Shown in pieces: positions 50,254 to 57,558 of a stretch of 58,175 nt of DNA. The DNA is from Candidatus Nealsonbacteria bacterium. Lineage in GTDB: Bacteria > Patescibacteriota > Minisyncoccia > Minisyncoccales > JAUWAW01. The stretch covers positions 1-58,175 of the forward strand of contig JAUWAW010000003.1 in the NCBI GenBank assembly GCA_030601865.1. Reading direction: 5' to 3'. Both the position numbers and the translations under genes were made by a program. Every line of letters begins with the position of its first letter. Within the stretch, counting starts at the first letter, position 1. The notes beneath the pieces are model-generated. The model searched no databases, had not been told where the DNA came from, and was given only the letters and a program-made list of their open reading frames with translations.

Positions 50254-50255
50254 TT
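50244..50255 (+). repeat. TTGACCCCATTT motif, copy C
   Basis: attaaatagagttgaccccatttcc. Confidence 0.85.
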
Positions 50256-50298
50256 CCACTATTTTCTACTTTTTACTAATTTCCCGAGTTTATTTAGT

Positions 50299-51357
50299 TT
50301 ACTCTTTAAAACTTTTTATTAATTCTATAAATTGTATAGCATTTAATAGATATTTGTTTTTGTTGTTTCTATTATTGATTGTTTTGAAAATTCGGTTCCA
50401 ATGCAACGATGTTATCTTGCTATACTGCGCTTCTAAAATAATACAAAGACAAATTTTTTCTACCTTAAAATCTTTTTTTACTTTTTCTAATACCTTATTC
50501 TTATATTGAAAGATTGTTGCCGCATCCTTTGCCTGATTATCTTGCCCTCCACCCCTCACATTTTGTTCTTTATGGGTCCCGATAAGAAGAATTTTATTAA
50601 CTTTACAGATTGCATCAATTAATTTTGCGTCTTTGCTGGGTAGTGGAAAATTAATTTTTCTTGTTAAGCTTTCGTCTATCAACCAATTGGTATTGTTTAA
50701 AAAATAAATTGGTGGCTTCTGAGGATTGTATTCAAAGTCCGAGATATTCTTTTTAATATTATTGGAAATACGTTTGAAAATCATTTTATCAAACATAGCC
50801 TTTCTTCTTGTTGGATTTTTAATCTCTATATCAATAAGTAAATCATTAAGGCCAATCTCTGCAAAATTTTCTGACTCAACAAACAAGCTAAGAAAATCGA
50901 AGCTTAATAGCGCATCCATAATGCCATCTTTGTTGTTCACATAGTTTGCTTCAATATCCTCTAAAGATGTCTCATTAAAGAGTGTCCAACAAATTATCTG
51001 TAAACCATTAATGTTTGTTCTGTTTTTAGATAGAAATAACACAATTCCACTTAGGGCTTCCGCGGCTTTCTCAACTTGATGCAAGTCAATAAACTTGATA
51101 AATCTTTCAATAACTTGTCCTTGGTTATTCCTTTGCGTGGAAAAGCTCAATTTATGCCTTCGTTTAAGTATGCCTAAGTAGTCAAAGTAATTATTTATTA
51201 TCCCTATCTCTCTCTTGTGATTATTTGTTATAGTGAGCTTTGTGCTGACATCTTGAAACAACTTTTTATAAATTGCTATCAAAAAATCATTGTTTGCCTT
51301 CAGATAAACATCTTTTTTGAAGTCTTCAAGAACTTTTTGCGGAGTTATTGTAGTCAT
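50299..51357 (-). CDS. putative type II restriction endonuclease (partner of the adjacent methyltransferase)
   Basis: 352 aa with no recognisable family. 4-nt overlap with the upstream MTase gene, and very AT-rich. Confidence 0.45.
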   Translation of the reverse strand: MTTITPQKVLEDFKKDVYLKANNDFLIAIYKKLFQDVSTKLTITNNHKREIGIINNYFDYLGILKRRHKLSFSTQRNNQGQVIERFIKFIDLHQVEKAAEALSGIVLFLSKNRTNINGLQIICWTLFNETSLEDIEANYVNNKDGIMDALLSFDFLSLFVESENFAEIGLNDLLIDIEIKNPTRRKAMFDKMIFKRISNNIKKNISDFEYNPQKPPIYFLNNTNWLIDESLTRKINFPLPSKDAKLIDAICKVNKILLIGTHKEQNVRGGGQDNQAKDAATIFQYKNKVLEKVKKDFKVEKICLCIILEAQYSKITSLHWNRIFKTINNRNNKNKYLLNAIQFIELIKSFKE

Positions 51358-52499
51358 ATTATTAATGTTTTCTGTTGGGCTAGCTCTTCCAAATAAATAT
51401 AATTTAGTAATTTATAAGTGAAGTTAAAGCTGATTCTTTTTCTGTTGTTGTCTCTAAAATTAGTAAGAAATAATGAAAAATACTTTTCTCTTGCGCTTGA
51501 TAACTTTTTGTTGAAAAAATCAATTAACTGTTTCTGGGTTTCCAAATCAATTGTTTCCTTAAATAGTAAATGTGCCATATTTCTTGACGTCTCTTTACCA
51601 ACCAATCCTTTTACACTATAATCTCTGATGTCCTCTAATTGTATTTTCTTACCATTTTTACTGTCTATTGCTCTCAAAAAGATTATATTATGGTCCAAAA
51701 TATTATCAATATGCTTATTAACGCTATATGTTTTATGATTTTTGATATTGTTATGTGCTAATTTCACTTTTTTCTCTCCCGCAAGCAGATCTTTTTCTGT
51801 TAATCTGTATATACCTAAAAAGTTTTTTATAGAATTAATTTTTGAGAAAAATTCACCACCTAATTGCCAGCCGTATTCTTCGTTTAATACTAATTTCACC
51901 TTCTTACGGGCAGGGAATATTGTTGCGTCAATAACATTTTTTCTGGAAGGCTTTTTCTTTTTTCTATAGAAAAAAGATATCACATTGTACGTTGTGTCAT
52001 CAAATACTTGCTCCCAGAATATATTTAAAGAAACTATTTCAAATTTGTTAAAGAATATTCTCCGTATTTTTTCAGAATTTTTGGCGGATAAAAAGTTAAG
52101 GGGGACAATTAATATTCCTTCGTCTGAATTTAAAATTGCGTGTATCGAAACCTGATATAGATCTTCAAATTGGGAGTTTGAGCCAGTAAAATATTTTTCT
52201 TTTACTTCTTTGGTTGCTTTATTTTTATGTAAATAAGGTGGATTAGTTAAAACAAACTTATATTTTTTGACATAATTAATACTGTTATTTTTAAAAACGA
52301 TTTTATCATCTACATATGTTTGATCAACGTCAAACCCAATCACTTTTTTAGCTGCATGGTTTACAGCCCAACAAATCAAATCTTGATCACCGGCAAACGG
52401 ATCAACTATTTCTTTACCCACTACAAATCTTGAGAAACCTTGCAAGATATACTCTGAATTTTTAGTAAAAAACTGTCCGTTTAATCTTTTATGATTCAT
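51354..52499 (-). CDS. N6-adenine DNA methyltransferase (gamma-class)
   Basis: GQFFT, VDPFAGDQDL (motif I) and LTNPPYL (motif IV), in that order. Confidence 0.8.
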   Translation of the reverse strand: MNHKRLNGQFFTKNSEYILQGFSRFVVGKEIVDPFAGDQDLICWAVNHAAKKVIGFDVDQTYVDDKIVFKNNSINYVKKYKFVLTNPPYLHKNKATKEVKEKYFTGSNSQFEDLYQVSIHAILNSDEGILIVPLNFLSAKNSEKIRRIFFNKFEIVSLNIFWEQVFDDTTYNVISFFYRKKKKPSRKNVIDATIFPARKKVKLVLNEEYGWQLGGEFFSKINSIKNFLGIYRLTEKDLLAGEKKVKLAHNNIKNHKTYSVNKHIDNILDHNIIFLRAIDSKNGKKIQLEDIRDYSVKGLVGKETSRNMAHLLFKETIDLETQKQLIDFFNKKLSSAREKYFSLFLTNFRDNNRKRISFNFTYKLLNYIYLEELAQQKTLII

Positions 52500-52513
52500 A
52501 ATTTTTGATTAAA

Positions 52514-53161
52514 TTATTTAATTGACTTCCAATAGCCGTTTTTGAGAACGGAAATGACTTTGCCGGTGAGGCGGGTTTCATCGCTGAAAAGCTGTATTTT
52601 ATATTTTGGGTTTTCGGGTTTTAGATATACATAAGGTGGTTTGTCCTCTGAGATGAACCGCTTTATGGTGGACTCGTCGCCTATTTGGGCTAAAACAATA
52701 TCGCCTGATACAAACTCTTTTTGGCTTTTTACTAAGACAACATCTTCATTTTCAATGCCAGCGTTAATCATTGAGTCGCCGTAAACTTTTAGCAGAAAAA
52801 TCTCGCTGTTGAGTTTTTCTAATTTGTCCGTGCTTGAAGGCAAAGTTTGCCACTCCCCTGCTATCTCTATCGCTTCTGTGGGAAGGCCTGCGCTTGTGAC
52901 GCCAACAAACGGAGCAAGGCGAGGTTTGCCAATGGCTTCAAAACCTAACGGCAGAATGGATATACTGCGAGCAGTTGCTTCGCCCTTTTTAATCAAGCCG
53001 TGTTTTTTGAGTTTTTCTAAAAAGTCAATGATTGACTGGTTGGAAACGACATCAAGCTGCTCTTTCATTTCTCTAAAAGCAGGTGGATAGCCAAAATCCT
53101 TTATATAATCATAAATTATATTTAAAAGCTCTTTTTGCCTTTTTGTTATTTTACCCTCCAT
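52514..53161 (-). CDS. lexA: LexA repressor (S24 peptidase)
   Basis: LexA DNA-binding domain (KRQKELL..I...I...GYPPAFREM), an AG cleavage-region candidate, GDSM and the TIKRF Ser/Lys dyad regions. Confidence 0.9.
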   Translation of the reverse strand: MEGKITKRQKELLNIIYDYIKDFGYPPAFREMKEQLDVVSNQSIIDFLEKLKKHGLIKKGEATARSISILPLGFEAIGKPRLAPFVGVTSAGLPTEAIEIAGEWQTLPSSTDKLEKLNSEIFLLKVYGDSMINAGIENEDVVLVKSQKEFVSGDIVLAQIGDESTIKRFISEDKPPYVYLKPENPKYKIQLFSDETRLTGKVISVLKNGYWKSIK

Positions 53162-53171
53162 TGAGCATTAA

Positions 53172-53212
53172 GTTATACAATTTCATTATAACCCGACCAT
53201 TTGGTCAGTCAA
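53172..53212 (-). promoter_or_regulatory. lexA promoter with two palindromic operator candidates
   Basis: On the minus strand: TTGACT (53212-53207), 16 nt, TATAAT (53190-53185). The palindromes are GTTATA-N9-TATAAC (53172-53192) and GACCATTTGGTC (53195-53206). Confidence 0.45.
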
Positions 53213-53222
53213 GGATGCTGAC

Positions 53223-53233
53223 TGTGGATAACT
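53223..53233 (-). promoter_or_regulatory. AGTTATCCACA motif 9 nt upstream of the lexA -35, at the right border of the island
   Basis: The plus strand reads tgtggataact. Confidence 0.5.
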
Positions 53234-53364
53234 AAAAACCTGCTTTTGGCGGGTTTTGGCGGAAATGAAAAGCGGGAATAAATTCCTGCCGAGCTGCGGC
53301 TTGGTGGGGGTAAAAGAGAGCAAAAATTTGCTCGGCCATTACTATTGTGATACCATTTTTTATA

Positions 53365-54486
53365 ATGGGCCCCAAAAAAAATATCTTGATTTTTTTCTGG
53401 TATTATTCTCCTCCCGGAGGAGCTGAGCTTTTTGTTGAGCAAATAACTAAGTTGTTAGGAGCTCATTATAATTTTGCCATTATTACTGCCAAATTCAAGA
53501 AAGCCCTGCCTTCTCAAGAAAGAGCGGGGGAGGTGCTGATTTATCGCGTGGGCTTAGGTTGCGTTTTCATTGACAAATATTTTTATCCCATTTTCGCTCT
53601 TTGGCAGGCCTATAAAGTTAGGAGAAAGAAAAAAATTTCTTTAATCCATGGAGTAATCGCCAATCCGGCTGGTTTTGCAACTATGCTTTTCCATCAATTA
53701 ACCAAAACCCCCTTTTTGCTTACTGAGCAGAGTGGAAATTTAGACCGGAAAGTTCGCAGATTAAACCCGATTATCTTCTGGATTTACAAAAAAATTTACC
53801 AAGAAGCTAATTTCATTCAGGTTATTAGTAATTCCCTTAAACAAACAATTCTGTCTTTGGGCGGAATTGACGAGAACAAAATTGAGGTTATCCCCAATGG
53901 GATAGATTTAGCAACATTTAAATTTGAGAGCCCCAGACAAAAAGAAAAATACAGAATTATTTGTCTAGCTAGATTAGAGAAGTATAAAGGAATTAGGTAT
54001 CTGGTTGAGGCCATGCCGCAAGTTTTAGAAAAATTTCCTCAAGCTAAATTGGTTTTAATAGGGGAGGGACCTGAAAGAAAGAATTTAGAGGCGAAAATCA
54101 AGGAATTAAAAATAGAAGAGAAGGTAGAACTTAAGGGAGAATTGCCCCACGAGAAAATTCCAGAAGAACTGGCCCAAAGTCATGTTTTTGTTGGCCCGTC
54201 CTTAGAAGAGGGCATGGGCGTCGTTTTTATAGAAGCTCAGGCGGCTGGTATTCCAGTCATCGGAACAAATATAGGAGGCATACCAGATATTATTGAAAAT
54301 GAAAAAACCGGTCTTTTAATTAAGCCAAAAGATTCTCAAGCGATTGCTCAGGCCATTACTAAAATTTTTTCTCAACCAGAATTGGCCCAAAATTTAGTTG
54401 AAAATGCTAAAGTTAATTTAAAAAAATATGATTGGCAAAATATCTCCCAAAAGGTTTTTAGAATTTACCAACGAATAATTTTATGA
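53365..54486 (+). CDS. GT4-family glycosyltransferase
   Basis: C-terminal EGMGVVFIEAQAAGIPVIGTNIGGIPDII motif. ATG 53365 is preferred over the upstream GTG/TTG extension. Confidence 0.85.
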   Translation: MGPKKNILIFFWYYSPPGGAELFVEQITKLLGAHYNFAIITAKFKKALPSQERAGEVLIYRVGLGCVFIDKYFYPIFALWQAYKVRRKKKISLIHGVIANPAGFATMLFHQLTKTPFLLTEQSGNLDRKVRRLNPIIFWIYKKIYQEANFIQVISNSLKQTILSLGGIDENKIEVIPNGIDLATFKFESPRQKEKYRIICLARLEKYKGIRYLVEAMPQVLEKFPQAKLVLIGEGPERKNLEAKIKELKIEEKVELKGELPHEKIPEELAQSHVFVGPSLEEGMGVVFIEAQAAGIPVIGTNIGGIPDIIENEKTGLLIKPKDSQAIAQAITKIFSQPELAQNLVENAKVNLKKYDWQNISQKVFRIYQRIIL

Positions 54487-55574
54487 GAATCTTAATTGCC
54501 ACAGGGATTTTCCCGCCGGATGTGGGAGGACCAGCCATTTATGTGCAGAGCTTAGCTGAGGAGTTTATCCGGCAGGGAGTTAGAATAGTAGTGCTTACTT
54601 ATTCTGACCAAAAATCGAAGCAGGATTATACTTTTCCGGTAATAAGAATTTCTCGCCAATATCCAAAAGGTATAAGGCATTTTCTTTATTCTTTGAAACT
54701 TCTCAGTTTAGCCAGAGCCGCTGACGTAATTTATGCTCAAAATCCGGTCAGTGCTGGTCTGCCAGCTGCTTTAGCGGCAAAAATTTTGGGAAAGAAGTTG
54801 GTTTTAAAAGTTGTTGGCGATGCTGTCTGGGAAAGAGCCAGAAGCCGGGGCCGGGAAGTTGAGGATATGAAGATTTTGAAAAAACTGCAAAAATGGACAG
54901 CCAAGAGCGCTGACAAAATAATAGTGCCGAGTTTCTATCTAAAAAATATGGTGCAACAATGGGGTATCCCTGAAAAAAAGATAAAAGTTGTTTATAATGC
55001 CGTTGAAACTAAAAAACAAGTTCCAGAGAGGATTGACATCAAAGGAGATATTATTTTATCAATTGGTCGCTTAGTCCCCTGGAAAGGGTTTGATGCTTTA
55101 ATTGAAATAATACCAGATTTAATAAAAGAAAACCCTAATTTTAGATTGCTTATTGTGGGAGAAGGAGAAGAGAGAAAAAATTTAGAATTAAAAATAGATA
55201 ATTTAAAATTAAAAGATAGAGTAAGATTAATGGGAAGGGTTGATCATAGTGATATCTCTTTCTATTTTAGAGCAGCTGATATTTTTATCTTAAATTCTGA
55301 ATACGAAGGATTATCCCACACCATTTTGGAAGCCATGCAATATGGCATACCTGTTATTGCTTCAAATAAAGGAGGGAACCCGGAATTGATTAAGGATGGT
55401 TTCAATGGCTTTTTAATAGAATACGATAATCAAGAACAGCTCAAAAGAGCAATTTTGAAATTATGGAGAGATAAAAATCTTCAAAAAAGATTTACTCACA
55501 ATTCTAAAAAGAAATTAAAACAATTCAGCTTTGAAAAAATGATAGAAAAAACCTTAGAGGTATTAAAAACATGA
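54483..55574 (+). CDS. GT4-family glycosyltransferase
   Basis: FPPDVGGPA, EGLSHTILEAMQYGIPVIASNKGGNPELI. Confidence 0.85.
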   Translation: MRILIATGIFPPDVGGPAIYVQSLAEEFIRQGVRIVVLTYSDQKSKQDYTFPVIRISRQYPKGIRHFLYSLKLLSLARAADVIYAQNPVSAGLPAALAAKILGKKLVLKVVGDAVWERARSRGREVEDMKILKKLQKWTAKSADKIIVPSFYLKNMVQQWGIPEKKIKVVYNAVETKKQVPERIDIKGDIILSIGRLVPWKGFDALIEIIPDLIKENPNFRLLIVGEGEERKNLELKIDNLKLKDRVRLMGRVDHSDISFYFRAADIFILNSEYEGLSHTILEAMQYGIPVIASNKGGNPELIKDGFNGFLIEYDNQEQLKRAILKLWRDKNLQKRFTHNSKKKLKQFSFEKMIEKTLEVLKT

Positions 55575-56719
55575 AAAATGTTTTATTTATCGGCACAACC
55601 AATTACGATTTTAAAAAAGCATCTCCGGATCACTTAAAAGAGAAGTTTTTAGGCCTGAGTAGAAAAATTAATGTTTTTGTTTTAGCCAGAGGAAGACCTT
55701 TTCATAAAAAAATCTGGGGCGCCGACTTTTATCTTTTAAGAGAAGGATTTTTTTACTGGCCCTTGGCCTTCTGGCTTGCTTTTTATTTATGTTTGTTTAA
55801 AAAAATCGATGTTCTCATCAGCCAATCTCCTCTAATTGAGGGTTTCGTGGGGACAATTCTCAAGAAGATATTTAGAAAAAAACTGATTGTTGAAATTCAC
55901 GGAGATTGGCTGGAAGGCCCTTTTCTTTCCAAAAAAAGAAGATTGGAGAAGCTGGAGAGAAAAATCGTCCCCTTTTTGGCAAAATTCAGTTTGAAAAGAG
56001 CAGATAAAATCCGAGCCATTTCTCAATGGACCTTAAAAAAGGCAAGAGAAATTGCCCCCCATAAACCTTATTTTGTCTTTCCCACCTTTACTGATATTGA
56101 TATTTTTTTAGAAGGGAAAGAAACTAAATTTGATAACTTTATTTTATTTGTCGGAGGGTTAGAACAAGTTAAAGGTGTAGATATTTTAATAGATGCTTTT
56201 AGGAAAATTGAAAAAGAATTTCCAGAGTTTAAATTGATAGTTATCGGTTATGGCTCGGAACTTAAAAAACTCAGGTTTCAAGTGCAACCCTCCGGGGAGT
56301 CCGCTTCGCGTCCAGCAGGTTTCAAGTTTCAAGACAAAGTTGAATTTAAAGGTCATCTTTCTTTAGAAGAAACAAAAAATATTATGAAAAACTGTTATTG
56401 TTTGGTTCTGCCTTCTCGCTCTGAAGGTTTGGGCCGGGTTTTAATGGAGGCCATGGCTTTGGGAAAACCAGTGATTGGCAGCAATATTGAAGGCATTCCT
56501 GACCTTATTAAAGATGGCCAAAACGGCTTTTTATTTGAAAAAGGCGATTCAGGAAAATTGGCAGAGAAATTACGAATTTTATTAAACAATAAAGATTTAG
56601 CAAAAAAAATGGGGCAGAAAGGAAGAAAAATAGTCGAACAAAGATTTTCCAATCAAAAATATATCAACAGTTATATTAGAATGATAAATTGTCAAGGGAT
56701 GACAAATAGCCAAGTATGA
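55571..56719 (+). CDS. GT4-family glycosyltransferase with a short in-frame insertion
   Basis: EGLGRVLMEAMALGKPVIGSNIEGIPDLI. The extra segment RFQVQPSGESASRPAGF is flanked by aggtttcaagt repeats. Confidence 0.8.
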   Translation: MKNVLFIGTTNYDFKKASPDHLKEKFLGLSRKINVFVLARGRPFHKKIWGADFYLLREGFFYWPLAFWLAFYLCLFKKIDVLISQSPLIEGFVGTILKKIFRKKLIVEIHGDWLEGPFLSKKRRLEKLERKIVPFLAKFSLKRADKIRAISQWTLKKAREIAPHKPYFVFPTFTDIDIFLEGKETKFDNFILFVGGLEQVKGVDILIDAFRKIEKEFPEFKLIVIGYGSELKKLRFQVQPSGESASRPAGFKFQDKVEFKGHLSLEETKNIMKNCYCLVLPSRSEGLGRVLMEAMALGKPVIGSNIEGIPDLIKDGQNGFLFEKGDSGKLAEKLRILLNNKDLAKKMGQKGRKIVEQRFSNQKYINSYIRMINCQGMTNSQV

Positions 56720-56808
56720 CATAAACTATAATACTATCCAGTATTGTAGTTTTGGTAGGATTTGGTATAATAGAATAAAGAATAAAAAATAAAGAAGTAA
56801 TAAAAAAT

Positions 56809-57363
56809 ATGGTAAAATTTCGTTATCCTTCTAAATTAACTAAAAAAGAACAGGATGAGTTGCTCTTAGATTTTTGTTATGTAATTTCTTCACTTTCAGA
56901 TGTTGAAAAAGCAGCTCAGTTTGTGAAGGACTTGCTTTCACTTCAGGAAGCGGAGATGTTGGCAAAAAGGGTAAAAATTGCCCATCTTCTTATCGAGGGG
57001 CAAGATTATAATTTTATTCAGAAAAGTTTAAAGACAAGTCCTATTACCATTGCGAGAGTAAATGAATGGTTAAAATATTCTGGGGAAGGATATCGATTTG
57101 TAGTCGAAATTTTGAAAAAGAGAAAGAAAAAGAGAATCGAAGAGATTAAAGCAAGAGATCCTCTTAACCCCAGTTATCAATGGAAGAAACTTAGAAGGAG
57201 ATTCCCTCTTTATTTTTGGCCCCAGCTTCTTATTGAAGAAATTATAGAAGGGGCGAGCAAGAGGCAAAAAGAGAAGCTACTCTCGGCTTTAGAAAAAATA
57301 AAAGATAAACCAAAAATGTATAAGAGGATAGAAAATATTATAAAGCGGAATAGAGAAAAATAA
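56809..57363 (+). CDS. TrpR-like YerC/YecD-family DNA-binding protein with basic C-terminal extension
   Basis: FVKDLLS..E.EMLAKR..IA.LL.EG..Y..I......S..TIARV pattern. Confidence 0.6.
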   Translation: MVKFRYPSKLTKKEQDELLLDFCYVISSLSDVEKAAQFVKDLLSLQEAEMLAKRVKIAHLLIEGQDYNFIQKSLKTSPITIARVNEWLKYSGEGYRFVVEILKKRKKKRIEEIKARDPLNPSYQWKKLRRRFPLYFWPQLLIEEIIEGASKRQKEKLLSALEKIKDKPKMYKRIENIIKRNREK

Positions 57364-57437
57364 TTTTATACAAAACTTATATACTATATAGTATTGTAGT
57401 TTGTGTCAGTTTCTTCAAAGGAGGATAGAGGAGAGGG

Positions 57438-57484
57438 AATAGAGCTAGAGAATAGAGAATAGAGAATAGAACTAGAGAATGGGG
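57438..57484 (+). repeat. degenerate (AGAGAAT)n tandem repeat
   Basis: gggaatagagctagagaatagagaatagagaatagaactagagaat. Confidence 0.9.
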
Positions 57485-57486
57485 AA

Positions 57487-57558
57487 ATGGTTGAAGCAAG
57501 GTTTTCTAACCAAAAATACCTTGAAAATTACCTCAAAATGATTAACATTAAACTATGA
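57487..57558 (+). pseudogene. orphan 3' fragment of a GT4 glycosyltransferase gene
   Basis: It translates to MVEARFSNQKYLENYLKMINIKL, parallel to the tail of 55571..56719 (VEQRFSNQKYINSYIRMIN). Its stop overlaps the next ATG as ATGA. Confidence 0.55.

Noticed and set aside
49314-50509. Plus-strand ORFs (100 and 95 aa) in the AT-rich island
   Set aside because: They are Phe/Ile/Leu/Tyr-rich translations of AT-rich antisense DNA, opposite better-supported minus-strand genes.
18782-53233. DnaA-box copies as evidence for a replication origin in this window
   Set aside because: The boxes are 0.9-18 kb apart rather than clustered. There is no dnaA or dnaN and no AT-rich DUE next to a box cluster.
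53209-53442. 77-aa minus-strand ORF overlapping the start of the GT4 gene and the lexA upstream region
   Set aside because: It has no motif and overlaps a well-supported GT4 N-terminus and the promoter region. It is probably spurious.
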